From contig JACOZN010000013.1 of NCBI GenBank assembly GCA_016181305.1, forward strand, positions 1 through 64,000: 64,000 nt of DNA. The letters are read 5' to 3'. The position numbers were made by a program, and so were the translations under genes. Below the pieces are notes generated by a model. That model saw only the letters and a program-made list of their open reading frames with translations, made no database searches and had not been told where the DNA came from. Positions 8,439 to 18,153 of this stretch are shown here, piece by piece (position 1 is the stretch's first letter; each line of letters starts with the position of its first letter). The stretch comes from Candidatus Woesearchaeota archaeon (GTDB lineage: Archaea; Nanobdellota; Nanobdellia; Woesearchaeales; GW2011-AR4).

Positions 8439-9560
8439 CTAGTCGTGCAGTTCAATCAGCCTGTCCAGAATTGCTTCTGCCATCTCGGATGTTGTGTTGT
8501 TGCCGTCCAAGTCCTGGGTTCTTGTCTTTCCTTCCCTCAGGACAGACTCAATGGCTTTCAGAATCAAATTGCCGGATTTCTGCTGCCCAATGCAGCCAAG
8601 CATTAACGCCCCTGCCCAAATCGTCGCAATAGGGTTTACAATACCCTGCCCCTTCAGCTTGGGCGCGCTGCCATGAATAGGCTCGAACATTGAGATGCCC
8701 CCCGGGCTTATGTTTCCCTGGCACGCAAACGACAGGCCGCCCTGGAGCATTGTGCCCAAATCTCCCAGAATATCGCCAAACAGGTTTGGAGCCACTATAA
8801 CTTCGTATTTTTCGGGCTGCCTTATGAAGTTCATGACAACAGCGTCTATAAGGCTGAACTCAAGCACTGCTGCACTGTAATCCTTTGCAACCCTGTCAAA
8901 AGTTTCGCGCCAGAGATTATAAGATTCAATAATGTTGGCCTTGTCCACAGCCACAATCCTGCTTTTGCCGTTTTTGCCTGCATATTCAAAAGCGTACCTT
9001 GCAATCCTCTCGCAGCCCTTCCTGCTCAGGATTCCGATTTGATAAGCAACTTCACCGCCCTTTGCCTCGGCATCTATGCCAAGCTTTATTTTGCATGCGC
9101 TTTTGTCAATCTCAATCTTATGCCTGTTTTTCCCGTTTTTCGCCCTGCCTGACACTCCAATGTAAAAATCCTCTGTAGTCTCCCTTATGATGATGAAATC
9201 AATGTCGCCATGCGATTTATTTGCTACAGGGCTTTCAACGCCCGGCAGCAATTTTACAGGCCTCAGGCTTGCAAACTGGCCAAAGTAGTTTCTTATTGAA
9301 TCTGAAATTCCATTAATCTCTTTGACAGAGGCGTCAAAAGTGCCGCAATAAACCGCATTGCATGAGCTTTTAATCTCCTTCATGGTTTTTTCCTGAAGCA
9401 GCTCATTTGTTTCAGCGTAGTGCTCCGCTCCATGTGGATACTTAACCCATTCCACCTCAAACTTGTCAAGCTCGGCAGCCTTGTCTATTATTCTTATTCC
9501 TTCATTTATCAATTCAGGGCCTACGCCGTCACCCGGAAAAACAGCAATCTTGTATTTCAT
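8439..9560 (-). CDS. isocitrate/3-isopropylmalate/tartrate dehydrogenase family
   Basis: IAVFPGDGVGPE, NLFGDILGD and FEPIHGSAP motifs. Substrate not determinable from sequence. Confidence 0.9.
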   Translation of the reverse strand: MKYKIAVFPGDGVGPELINEGIRIIDKAAELDKFEVEWVKYPHGAEHYAETNELLQEKTMKEIKSSCNAVYCGTFDASVKEINGISDSIRNYFGQFASLRPVKLLPGVESPVANKSHGDIDFIIIRETTEDFYIGVSGRAKNGKNRHKIEIDKSACKIKLGIDAEAKGGEVAYQIGILSRKGCERIARYAFEYAGKNGKSRIVAVDKANIIESYNLWRETFDRVAKDYSAAVLEFSLIDAVVMNFIRQPEKYEVIVAPNLFGDILGDLGTMLQGGLSFACQGNISPGGISMFEPIHGSAPKLKGQGIVNPIATIWAGALMLGCIGQQKSGNLILKAIESVLREGKTRTQDLDGNNTTSEMAEAILDRLIELHD

Positions 9561-9649
9561 GTTAGAAATTCAAAAAATGTTCAGTTCTTATTTATATGGT
9601 TTTTGATTTTGATGGCAAAATTTATATACAATCCGATTTTTGCTGGATT

Positions 9650-10096
9650 ATGAAAAAAGAGGAGCTGATAAAGCTTGAAAAAGAGGAGCATAAGGAGTTC
9701 CACAGAAGAATTATATATATTGTTGCGGTAATAATGCTGTTCCTGTTCGGAGGCGCCACATTTTACAGCTATGCCGAAAAATGGCGCTACCTTGATGCGC
9801 TTTATTTCTCTGCATACACCATTACAACTGTTGGCTACGGGGATATAACCCCAAAAACAGACTTTGGCAAGATATTCACAATATTTTACATGTTTGCGGG
9901 CGTAGGGATGGCTTTGTACGGGCTGTCAGTTATAGCAGCGCACTTTGTCGAGGTAAGGGAGGAGTTCTGGCTGGAAAAAATCTCAAATATAAAAATAAGC
10001 CACCCAAGGACATTTTTTGAAAAAATCAAGAACCTATTAAATTTTGAATCCGGAAAACTGGTGGAAGAGTACAATAAATCTATGAGGAAAAAATAA
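9650..10096 (+). CDS. two-TM potassium channel (KcsA-like)
   Basis: Selectivity filter TITTVGYGD flanked by two TM helices. Confidence 0.92.
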   Translation: MKKEELIKLEKEEHKEFHRRIIYIVAVIMLFLFGGATFYSYAEKWRYLDALYFSAYTITTVGYGDITPKTDFGKIFTIFYMFAGVGMALYGLSVIAAHFVEVREEFWLEKISNIKISHPRTFFEKIKNLLNFESGKLVEEYNKSMRKK

Positions 10097-12805
10097 TCAT
10101 TCAACCAAAATAGCCGCCTTTCCTGGCAATGACTGCCTTGCCTTTGCCTCTTTCGAGTTTTCTGCCACTATCACCTCAACTTTGCATTTGAACTCACTTT
10201 CATAGCCTGCAGATGCATCATTCAAGGCATGAAACTCAGCATCCTGGCTTAAAACGAGGTGAGGAATTTTTGTTTCATCGTTAAGAAGCCTTGGAGCCAA
10301 TTTGCTTATCTCCTGCCCGTAAACCTTTAAGTCGCCAGCTATCAATGCCTTTATTATTTCAGCAGTATTTCTTGTTTTTTTCATTTCAAGCTTCAGTTTT
10401 TCCGTGAAGTCACGCTTCCATTTTTCCGCAACAAACAGGGTGATTTTCCTAGGCTTGTCTATTTTTGCCAATTTTAAAATTTCAATCAAGTCCCTTCTTG
10501 TGTTTTCAACAAGCATTGCAACTGCTTCTGCCTTTTTGTCAATCTTGTTTTCATCATAGGCAGGCCATTGCTGCAATGATGCAAGCCCCTGCTCTTTTGC
10601 CATGTGCCATATTTCCTCGCTCAAATGGGGGGTAAAAGGCAGCATAAGCAAAGCAAGGCTTCTGATTGCCTCCCCAAAAACCTCTTTGCTCTTGTCCTTG
10701 TATTTTTGCAGAACATCAACATATTCCATTATTTTTCCAATCGCAAGGCTGAATTCAAAATTCTCAATATGTTCTGTCGCACCCTTTATCGTTAGGTGCA
10801 GCCTGCTTATTACATATTTGTCCTTGTCATTTAGTTTGTGCTCGTCAATAGGTTTATGGGAAATACTCTGGACGTTATCATTTATCAAATTATAAATTTT
10901 ATTTAAGAATCTAAACGAGCCATTGACGCCTTTGTCGCTCCATTCCAATTCTTTCTCAGGCAGCGCCGCAAACAAAATAAAAAGCCTTGCTGTGTCAGGG
11001 CCGTACTTCTCGTAGATTTCAGCAGGGTCTACAACATTTCCGAGCGACTTCGACATTTTTGCGCCGTCTTTTGTAACCATTCCCTGTGTTAGAAGCCTTG
11101 CAAACGGCTCGTCAATTGTTGCAAGTCCCAAATCCCTCAATGCTTTTGTGAAGAATCTTGCATAAAGCAAGTGCAAAATTGCATGCTCTATGCCCCCAAT
11201 GTACTGGTCAACTGGCATCCAGTATTCTGCCTTTTCCCTGTCAAAAGGCTCCTTTTCATATTTCGGGCTGCAATATCGCAAAAAGTACCACGAGCTGTCT
11301 ACAAATGTGTCCATTGTATCTGTATCCCTTTTTGCCTTGCCATGGCATTTCGGGCATTTTGCATTGACAAACTCGCTGCACGTCTCCAATGGATTGCCCT
11401 GCCCGGTGAATTTGCATTTTTCAGGCTTTGGAAGCTTTACAGGCAGTTCGTCATAAGGCACAGGCACAACGCCGCATTTACTGCAGTAGATTATCGGAAT
11501 AGGGGTTCCCCAATATCTCTGCCTTGAGATAAGCCAGTCGCGGAGCTTGTAATTAGTTTGTCTGACTGCAAAGCCTTTTTCTTCACAATATTCAACAATT
11601 TCTGGAATTACATCTCCTGAGCGTTTTCCAGAAAATTCTTCAGGCTCAGCAAGAATTCCATTTTCCATATCGGTATAACATTCCTCAAGTGCTTTCACTC
11701 TTTTCGCACGCTCTTTATCTTTTGGGAAAAGTACCGGTTTTAGACGGATATTGTATTTCTTCGCAAATCTGAAATCTCTTTCATCGTGTGCAGAACATTT
11801 TACAATCCCAGTACCGTAGTCTTTTAATGCAAAGCTTGCAACCCAAATCGGCAGTTCCCCATTTCCTACGGGGTCAATAATGCATCTCCCTGTAAAAATT
11901 CCTTCAACTTCTTTTTCTTCTTCCTTGTCTCTAGCAATTCTTTCCCTCATAATCTTTCCACAAAAATCCAAAATTTCCTTTTTATTTGAAACACCTTCAA
12001 GAAGTTTAGGCAGCAAAGGATGGTCAGGAGCTATTACAACAAAAGTGTCCGCTTTGAATGCAGCAAAATGAGCGTTAAAAGTCTGAATTTCCAGATTTGT
12101 TCCCTTAACCTGTGCCGTAAACAACAAGCCATAACTCTTCCCAATCCAGTTCTTCTGCATTGTCCTGACTCTTTCAGGCCAGTGCTCTAGCTTCTCTATG
12201 TCATTCAATAACTCTTCAGCATAATCCGTTATTTTGAAAAACCACTGCTCCAAAAAAGACTCTGTGACATCGCTTTGGCAGCGCCAGCATTTGCCTTCCA
12301 CAACCTGCTCGTTTGCAAGCACTGTATTGCAGCTTGGGCACCAGTTTGCAGCAGCCTTTTTCTTGTAAGCCAACCCTTTCTCGTAGAATTTCAGGAATAT
12401 CCACTGGTTCCATGTGTAGTAATTTTGCCACAGGCTTGCAACCTCCCTGTCCCAATCATAGCTGAATCCCATTTCCTTCTGCTGCCGCCTGATTGTATTC
12501 ATGTTGGTAATGGTCCATTTTTCAGGGTCAATGCCGTGCTTTATTGCAGCATTTTCCGCAGGCAGCCCAAACGCATCATAGCCCATCGGATAAAGAACAT
12601 TGAAGCCCTGCATTCGCTTGTACCTTGCCAATGCGTCTCCAATGGAGTAATTTCGCAAATGCCCCATATGCAGACGCTCGGAAGGATACGGGTACATCTC
12701 CAAGCAATAGAACTTCTTCTTTTTAGGGTCTTCCTTTACCTTAAAGATTTCTTTCTCTTCCCACTTTTTCTGCCATTTCCTGGCTATTTCCCTGAAATCT
12801 GCCAT
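10097..12805 (-). CDS. leuS: leucine--tRNA ligase with bacterial-type core and archaeal-type C-terminal domain
   Basis: [33 protein letters not shown] and KMSKS motifs; C-terminus [14 protein letters not shown]. Confidence 0.97.
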   Translation of the reverse strand: MADFREIARKWQKKWEEKEIFKVKEDPKKKKFYCLEMYPYPSERLHMGHLRNYSIGDALARYKRMQGFNVLYPMGYDAFGLPAENAAIKHGIDPEKWTITNMNTIRRQQKEMGFSYDWDREVASLWQNYYTWNQWIFLKFYEKGLAYKKKAAANWCPSCNTVLANEQVVEGKCWRCQSDVTESFLEQWFFKITDYAEELLNDIEKLEHWPERVRTMQKNWIGKSYGLLFTAQVKGTNLEIQTFNAHFAAFKADTFVVIAPDHPLLPKLLEGVSNKKEILDFCGKIMRERIARDKEEEKEVEGIFTGRCIIDPVGNGELPIWVASFALKDYGTGIVKCSAHDERDFRFAKKYNIRLKPVLFPKDKERAKRVKALEECYTDMENGILAEPEEFSGKRSGDVIPEIVEYCEEKGFAVRQTNYKLRDWLISRQRYWGTPIPIIYCSKCGVVPVPYDELPVKLPKPEKCKFTGQGNPLETCSEFVNAKCPKCHGKAKRDTDTMDTFVDSSWYFLRYCSPKYEKEPFDREKAEYWMPVDQYIGGIEHAILHLLYARFFTKALRDLGLATIDEPFARLLTQGMVTKDGAKMSKSLGNVVDPAEIYEKYGPDTARLFILFAALPEKELEWSDKGVNGSFRFLNKIYNLINDNVQSISHKPIDEHKLNDKDKYVISRLHLTIKGATEHIENFEFSLAIGKIMEYVDVLQKYKDKSKEVFGEAIRSLALLMLPFTPHLSEEIWHMAKEQGLASLQQWPAYDENKIDKKAEAVAMLVENTRRDLIEILKLAKIDKPRKITLFVAEKWKRDFTEKLKLEMKKTRNTAEIIKALIAGDLKVYGQEISKLAPRLLNDETKIPHLVLSQDAEFHALNDASAGYESEFKCKVEVIVAENSKEAKARQSLPGKAAILVE

Positions 12806-12853
12806 AAAGAATGAGTTTTGCAGGCAGATTTTTAAAGATTTTGCAAATAATTA

Positions 12854-13429
12854 TCAAAATCCCTTTCTCTTTCTCAAATACTCAACCAGCTTTTCATTAA
12901 TTATCAACTTTTTCCCATCAACAGCATACCTAAAAGGCAAACTTACGCTTTCATTCTCATTTATTTCTATCTCCAATTCATCTGCAAACTTGAAGTCACT
13001 TAATTTTTTGCCGTCCAAAATCTTCCTTGCAATATAAACTGCTGTGTCAGTCGGCATCTGCCTACTGCCAAGGCTTCTTGATTCAAATTTTATTTTACGT
13101 TTTTTTAGGCTCTTAATCAAAATATTTGTCCTGTTTTTTGCAGGGTTGTCGCCAAGAATGCCGCCGAAAACAAAATATTCGAAGTTATTTTTGTCATTTG
13201 CCGCTAATGCCTTTCCAGCATATTGTGATAAAACACAAATCCCATCAAATCCCAGTTCAGAAACACTTTTATCATGAACAGTTCCGTATTTTTTTAGTTT
13301 TTTTGCATATTTTTTGCTAATGTTAGTGAATATTATACCCCCTTTGCCAACAATTTCAGAAATATGCCCGTATTCTATCAAACACCATTGGTAAAGTTCA
13401 GGTTCAAGATGCTCAATGACAAATTTCAT
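12854..13429 (-). CDS. SPOUT-class SAM-dependent methyltransferase (COG2428 / Sfm1-like)
   Basis: FVIEHLEPE..W..EY, FVFGGILGD and LGSRQMPTDTAV motifs. Confidence 0.85.
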   Translation of the reverse strand: MKFVIEHLEPELYQWCLIEYGHISEIVGKGGIIFTNISKKYAKKLKKYGTVHDKSVSELGFDGICVLSQYAGKALAANDKNNFEYFVFGGILGDNPAKNRTNILIKSLKKRKIKFESRSLGSRQMPTDTAVYIARKILDGKKLSDFKFADELEIEINENESVSLPFRYAVDGKKLIINEKLVEYLRKRKGF

Positions 13430-13445
13430 ACCAAGAAAAAACAAT

Positions 13446-13643
13446 TCAAAACTTCTTGAACTGCGCTGCAGTGTCTATCAAATCAACATGCCCCAAAAAC
13501 ATCGCCCTGCAGCAATACCTTTGCAGCCCCAAATCGTCCATGACTTTCTTTCTTTCCTCGCCTTTATTGACTCTCTCCTGGAAAGCCTCCCACAAATGCG
13601 CTATCGGCTTGCCGCAGCTCCAGCATCTTATTGGAATTATCAT
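13446..13643 (-). CDS. rpoN: RNA polymerase subunit N (Rpo10)
   Basis: MIIPIRCWSCGK...RYCCR. Start moved to the ATG at 13643. Confidence 0.97.
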   Translation of the reverse strand: MIIPIRCWSCGKPIAHLWEAFQERVNKGEERKKVMDDLGLQRYCCRAMFLGHVDLIDTAAQFKKF

Positions 13644-13653
13644 TTTTGCCTCC

Positions 13654-14058
13654 TCACCTGTACGACTTTTGCACTTTGCTTCTTGCCTGCCCATGCCTGT
13701 TTGGCTTTGCAGGCTCTTTTCTTCTGACGTCTGCAACCAGCAAATTCCTGTCATAATTCAAAAATGTCTCCTTAAGCTTGTCACTCTTTGTGAAATCAAC
13801 CAATGCCTTTGCTATTGCCAGCCTTGACGCTTCTGCCTGGCTTGTTATGCCGCCTCCGGCAACATCAATTTCTATGTCGACTTTGTTTGCAACATCGCCT
13901 GCCAATATCAGCGGCTCCCTTAACTTAAGCCTTGACATCCTGGGATGGACAAAATCTATTGGAATGCTGTTAACCCTCACTATGCCGCTGCCCTGCCTAA
14001 GCGTGGCTCTTGCAATTGCCCTCTTCCTTTTTCCTGATGCGTGCACGTTTTTCGTCAT
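13654..14058 (-). CDS. rps9: 30S ribosomal protein S9
   Basis: GKRKRAIARA, GGGITSQAEA and ARSKVQKSYR. Confidence 0.97.
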   Translation of the reverse strand: MTKNVHASGKRKRAIARATLRQGSGIVRVNSIPIDFVHPRMSRLKLREPLILAGDVANKVDIEIDVAGGGITSQAEASRLAIAKALVDFTKSDKLKETFLNYDRNLLVADVRRKEPAKPNRHGQARSKVQKSYR

Positions 14059-14468
14059 CTGCCACCTATTGCTTTGCATATTTCCTTTACCCTTACATAA
14101 TCCACTGACTGCAGCCTTTCCATGCCTGCGCCCTCAATTTTAAATGGCTTTTCATTCCTCAAGCTTTCAGGCGTGCCTATGTGGCATTTTATATTTTTAA
14201 AAACGTCCCTGCCCTTGCTTCTCTTGAACGGGAGCATGCCCCTTATGGTTCTTCTTACAAACATGTCGGGCCTTCTGTAGAGGTAAGGGCCCTTTCCCGG
14301 CGCTTTCCTGTCTATCCTTCTTATATACTGCTGAAGCACTGCCTGCTTTTTGCCGCTTACAACGCTTTCCTCGCAGTTAACTATCTCTATCCTGTTGCCA
14401 AGCAAAGCCTGCTTTGCCGCATAGCTGCCCAGCCTTCCCAAAATCATGTCTTTAGCGTCGATAATCAT
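14055..14468 (-). CDS. rpl13: 50S ribosomal protein L13
   Basis: IIDAKDMILGRLGS and RRTIRGMLP. Confidence 0.97.
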   Translation of the reverse strand: MIIDAKDMILGRLGSYAAKQALLGNRIEIVNCEESVVSGKKQAVLQQYIRRIDRKAPGKGPYLYRRPDMFVRRTIRGMLPFKRSKGRDVFKNIKCHIGTPESLRNEKPFKIEGAGMERLQSVDYVRVKEICKAIGGR

Positions 14469-14471
14469 TTG

Positions 14472-14834
14472 CTACCCTATTATTTTTATGCCCTTTCCGG
14501 TGGGGTTTTCCCTGCTTAGCTCGAGCAAAGGCACAATCTTTGCACCGGCTTTTTGAATCTTTTCCTTAGCGCCGCCTGAAAACTGGAACGCCGAGATTGT
14601 AAGCTTGTGCTCAAGGCTGCCTGCTCCAAGCACCTTGCCGGGAACAACAATCACTTCGTTCTCTTTTGTGGAGCGGTTCAGATTGGAGAGGTTCACAACT
14701 CTCCTCTGCCTTGTAGGCTTCTCCAAATCATTCGCAATTCTCTTCCAGATGCCTGCGCCCTGCCCGCTGCTTTTCTTCTTCAGCTCTAAGATAAGCTGCA
14801 GTAAAATCTGGTTTGTCGGTCCTGTTCTTTTCAT
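14472..14834 (-). CDS. rpl18e: 50S ribosomal protein L18e
   Basis: VNLSNLNR and VVPGKVLGAG. The longer ORF-track start lies inside the tRNA. Confidence 0.96.
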   Translation of the reverse strand: MKRTGPTNQILLQLILELKKKSSGQGAGIWKRIANDLEKPTRQRRVVNLSNLNRSTKENEVIVVPGKVLGAGSLEHKLTISAFQFSGGAKEKIQKAGAKIVPLLELSRENPTGKGIKIIG

Positions 14835-14859
14835 TTTGTTATTAATTTTTTTATTGCAA

Positions 14860-14972
14860 TGCGGGGGAAGGGATTCGAACCCTCGCACCCACTTAGGGAC
14901 TAGCACCTCAAGCTAGCGCATGAAGTCTGAAAGCAAAAATGCCTTCAATTGACCAGGCTCTGCCACCCCCGC
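14860..14972 (-). tRNA. tRNA-Leu(GAG) with a 27-nt intron at position 21/22
   Basis: Acceptor GCGGGGG/CCCCCGC; anticodon arm CTAGC-TTGAGGT-GCTAG. Intron 14922-14948 forms a BHB (GGTC/GACT, bulges AAT and TCA, inner stem TGAAGGCA/TGCTTTCA). Confidence 0.93.
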
Positions 14973-15035
14973 GAGTTATACGAGCGGGTTCCCGAACTTT
15001 AGTGAGAATACCCGCATTCATGATTTTCAGCGGGA

Positions 15036-15833
15036 CTATTTGGCTTTCTTCAGCTCCTCCACAAACTCGTCAAGCTGCTCGTCAAGAATGTCAACTGCCT
15101 TGTTGACAATCTCCTTGCAGCTCAGCTGCCCGAATGATTCTATATAAAAAACAAAGTCCGTGTCGCTTGCAGCAACTTTGACGTTTTTATCTATCTCTGA
15201 AAAGTCCATTGACAAGTCGGATTCCAAAACCCTGTCTTTGTTGACTACAAGCTTCCTGTCTTTTATTTCAAATATATTGTTGTGGTCTACCTCTATTATG
15301 GCTTCCGGGTTTTTAACCTCGCCTGTTATTTCCACCACTGGCTTATACTTGTAATACGCATGGCACGGGCTCCATTTAATGTGGGATTTTCCTGTGCCCA
15401 AAACTGCAGTAGCTTCAAGTTCCAAAGTCTGGCCTTTCAGCAGCTTCACAATGGGCATGTCGCCATAAACGGGCTTTACAGCCGGGTCTTTGCTTTTCAG
15501 CTCGGATGCGTAGACTGTTCCGGAGCCTTTTGTGGCCCTTAGCACAAGCTTCAGCTGGCACCTGTTGCAGCCCTTCCCTTCGCATTTGCATTTTTCCGGA
15601 ATGTTGTATGACTTCAAGTCGGTTTTAAGCGGAATCAGCCCAAGCCTGTGGGCAATTATCTCGTCATAGAGTATTGAGTTGTTCTTTACGAATTCAACAT
15701 CTTCAATTGCCATTGCAGGGACTTCGTCTATCATAATCCTTCTCAAAGTGTTTGCGTAAACAGGATTTGAGTCTTTCAAAATAAAAGAAATTTTGCCCTG
15801 TTCTTTGCTGTTTTCCAAAACCCTGATTTCCAT
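15036..15833 (-). CDS. rpoD: RNA polymerase subunit D (Rpo3)
   Basis: ANTLRRIMIDEVP, DEIIAHRLGLIP and GTGKSHIKWSP. Confidence 0.97.
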   Translation of the reverse strand: MEIRVLENSKEQGKISFILKDSNPVYANTLRRIMIDEVPAMAIEDVEFVKNNSILYDEIIAHRLGLIPLKTDLKSYNIPEKCKCEGKGCNRCQLKLVLRATKGSGTVYASELKSKDPAVKPVYGDMPIVKLLKGQTLELEATAVLGTGKSHIKWSPCHAYYKYKPVVEITGEVKNPEAIIEVDHNNIFEIKDRKLVVNKDRVLESDLSMDFSEIDKNVKVAASDTDFVFYIESFGQLSCKEIVNKAVDILDEQLDEFVEELKKAK

Positions 15834-16232
15834 TTAAACCCTCCTTCCCCTTTTGCCCCCTTTTTTCCTGCACCCGTCATGCGGCAGAGGGGTAACCTCT
15901 TCTATAATGCCGATTTTCAGCCCCATCCTTGACAACGCCCTTATTGCAGCCTGAGCTCCGGGTCCGGGGCTTGTAGGCCCGTTATGCCCTCCTGGAGCCT
16001 TTATTTTTACATGTATTCCTGTGACTCCATTGTCCATGGCAGTCTCGGCAGCTTTTTTTGCAGCTATCATCGCAGCCGTGGGCGAACCTTCCATTCTGTC
16101 TGCTTTCACGACCATCCCGCCTGAGCCGACTGCCAATGTTTCAGTTCCTGTTATATCTGTGATATGGATAATTGTATTGTTGTATGATGCGTAAATGTGC
16201 GCTATCCCCCACCTTTGCTGCCTTTGTTCCAT
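15834..16232 (-). CDS. rps11: 30S ribosomal protein S11
   Basis: [21 protein letters not shown] and [10 protein letters not shown]. Confidence 0.98.
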   Translation of the reverse strand: MEQRQQRWGIAHIYASYNNTIIHITDITGTETLAVGSGGMVVKADRMEGSPTAAMIAAKKAAETAMDNGVTGIHVKIKAPGGHNGPTSPGPGAQAAIRALSRMGLKIGIIEEVTPLPHDGCRKKGGKRGRRV

Positions 16233-16233
16233 A

Positions 16234-16761
16234 TTATTCCGCCTTTAGATTCCCGTGCTTTTGCTCCTTTGCCACAATCTGCAGGCTTATAGGGTGCACA
16301 AGCCTTATTTCCGGCTCTTCATTTATTGAGACCAAGTAGCTCGGGGTTGTTATTTTCCTGCTGCCGACTGCTATATGCTCATGCGTTATGAACTGCCTTG
16401 CCTGCAGCATTGTTGACGCCATCTGCTTCCTGCAAACCAGCGTCTGCAGCCTTCTCTCAAGCAAGTCCTTCAGCGTGAGGTTTAATACCTCCTCGATTTT
16501 CGAGTCTTTCTTTACCAATCCCATGGCATAAAGCCTCTGGAGCAGCTGGACTTTCTCCTTTTCGGACTGGGAGGTCCTTTCACCTATAATTGTTTTGGCC
16601 CTGTGGAGAAATTTCTTCAGCATCGAGTCCATCTTCCAGATTTCATATTTTCGCCTCAGGCCATACTGCTTTAATATTCCCCTTTCTGCCTCAATCCTTT
16701 CCTTCTGCCACGGGTGCCCTGGCTTTGAAAATTTCTTCCTTTGCCTTTTTGGATCTCCCAT
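16234..16761 (-). CDS. rps4: 30S ribosomal protein S4
   Basis: [18 protein letters not shown] and [10 protein letters not shown]. Confidence 0.98.
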   Translation of the reverse strand: MGDPKRQRKKFSKPGHPWQKERIEAERGILKQYGLRRKYEIWKMDSMLKKFLHRAKTIIGERTSQSEKEKVQLLQRLYAMGLVKKDSKIEEVLNLTLKDLLERRLQTLVCRKQMASTMLQARQFITHEHIAVGSRKITTPSYLVSINEEPEIRLVHPISLQIVAKEQKHGNLKAE

Positions 16762-16778
16762 TTTAAACCATTATACCA

Positions 16779-17264
16779 TTAGACTTTGCCGGCTTTTGCG
16801 CCTTCTTTTCTCTTGACTCCGAGAACCTTGCCCTTGTTTTTCCTGAAGTTTGATTTTGTCCTCTGGCCGCGTACAGGCAAGCCAAGCGAGTGCCTTACTC
16901 CTTTGTAGGACTTTATCTTCTTCATCATTTTTATGTCATTATCCTGCGTAAATGTGAGGCTTGTACCTGTCAAGTGCCTGTCTGTGTTGTCTTCAGGGTC
17001 CCTTTTCCTGTTGAAAAGCCATGCCGGAATCCTGAACTTTGAAGGCTCCTTTATGATGTCGTCTATCATGGCAGCTTCCTGCTCTGTCAAATACCCTGTC
17101 TTTCTGGTTTTTTCAATTTTGGCTGTATTGCATATGGCATTGGAGAACATGAAGCTTATGCCCTTTATCTTTGTCAGGGAATGATAGACTGACTTGTTTC
17201 CGTCTAGGTCTGTGTTTGCAATCCTTACAAAATATTTCAGTTCCTGCTTTGGTTGTTCTGTCAT
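16779..17264 (-). CDS. rps13: 30S ribosomal protein S13
   Basis: VRIANTDLDG and YKGVRHSLGLPVRGQRT. Confidence 0.98.
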   Translation of the reverse strand: MTEQPKQELKYFVRIANTDLDGNKSVYHSLTKIKGISFMFSNAICNTAKIEKTRKTGYLTEQEAAMIDDIIKEPSKFRIPAWLFNRKRDPEDNTDRHLTGTSLTFTQDNDIKMMKKIKSYKGVRHSLGLPVRGQRTKSNFRKNKGKVLGVKRKEGAKAGKV

Positions 17265-17382
17265 GATGGAAATAGCCGAGAATAAAGCGTTATGTGTTTA
17301 AAAACCCTAGAAACGCTCTTGTCGAACTCGGGCTGATGAAGAACGGGATATTATGGCTATTTAAAAAGGTTACTGATTTTTT

Positions 17383-17475
17383 GCCTTTTGCCTAGGCCTG
17401 GATTTTGGAATCCGAAGATTCTTGTAAGCAACACATGCCGAAGCATGCATCACCTCCCAGGATGCCCCAAAAAGC
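17383..17475 (-). ncRNA. candidate structured RNA or leader with two cUUCGg hairpins
   Basis: On the minus strand: CATGC-TTCG-GCATG and GAATC-TTCG-GATTC enclosed by CCTGG/CCAGG and GCTTTTTG/CAAAAGGC. A TTTATAAG box lies ~23 nt upstream. Confidence 0.5.
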
Positions 17476-17555
17476 AATAAAATGTAATATTCAATGTCTT
17501 ATAAATTTATTCAATGCAAAACCTTTAAAACCCTGCTTTTAATCCTAGTTTAGAT

Positions 17556-17741
17556 GACTGCGGTAGTTTAATGGCAGAATAAGCGGCTGTGGAGCAACCT
17601 TTTCTTTTGCAAAGAAAAGCTTGACCAAAAGAAAGGCACTCACGAGGTGGTGGGGTAAACCCCACTGGGATTAAGCATTACTTCATGATGGGAAGGTTGT
17701 GTAGAGCCCGCTTGGCGCGAGTTCGATTCTCGCCCGCGGTC
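17556..17741 (+). tRNA. tRNA-His(GTG) with encoded G-1 and a 114-nt intron at 37/38
   Basis: G-1 plus ACTGCGG/CCGCGGT and C73. Intron 17593-17706 forms a BHB (CTGT/GTAG, bulges GGA and AGC, stem GCAACCTT/AAGGTTGT). Confidence 0.93.
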
Positions 17742-17763
17742 CCTTTATCAAAAGGGAAAGCCA

Positions 17764-18150
17764 ATGCCAAAAACAGAAGACGAGTGGAAAAAGAAGCTGA
17801 CTCCAGAGCAATTTCATGTCCTGAGGGAGAAAGGCACAGAGCCGGCTTTCACAGGCAAATACTGCAAGAACAAGGGAAAGGGCACATATGTATGCGCCGG
17901 ATGCGGAGCTGAATTATTCTCGTCTGACACAAAGTTTGAGTCTGGCACGGGATGGCCAAGCTTTTACGCGCCAATGGCAAAAGACAGCATAGAAGAGAAG
18001 AAGGATTTTTCTCATGGAATGATGAGGGCAGAGGTGTTGTGCAAGAAATGCAAGGGGCATCTCGGGCACGTGTTTAATGACGGGCCAAAGCCAACAGGAT
18101 TGAGATACTGCATGAATTCTGCAGCATTGGGTTTCAGGAAGCCAAAATAA
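17764..18150 (+). CDS. msrB: peptide methionine (R)-sulfoxide reductase
   Basis: GTEPAFTG, Cxx[23 protein letters not shown] and RYCMNS. Confidence 0.97.
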   Translation: MPKTEDEWKKKLTPEQFHVLREKGTEPAFTGKYCKNKGKGTYVCAGCGAELFSSDTKFESGTGWPSFYAPMAKDSIEEKKDFSHGMMRAEVLCKKCKGHLGHVFNDGPKPTGLRYCMNSAALGFRKPK

Positions 18151-18153
18151 CTG

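Noticed and set aside
17286-17325. Possible fifth copy of the dispersed motif upstream of rps13 (AAGAGCG...CGCTTT on the minus strand)
   Set aside because: Only the outer stem matches. The inner stem, 3' GATG and A-rich leader are absent, and the interior looks like a TATA box.
17334-17376. C/D box sRNA (TGATGA ... CTGA)
   Set aside because: No C'/D' boxes or terminal stem; the interior is promoter-like.
17685-17912. 75-aa ORF across tRNA-His and msrB
   Set aside because: It overlaps two well-supported genes. The other short antisense or alternate-frame ORFs inside recognised genes were dismissed for the same reason.
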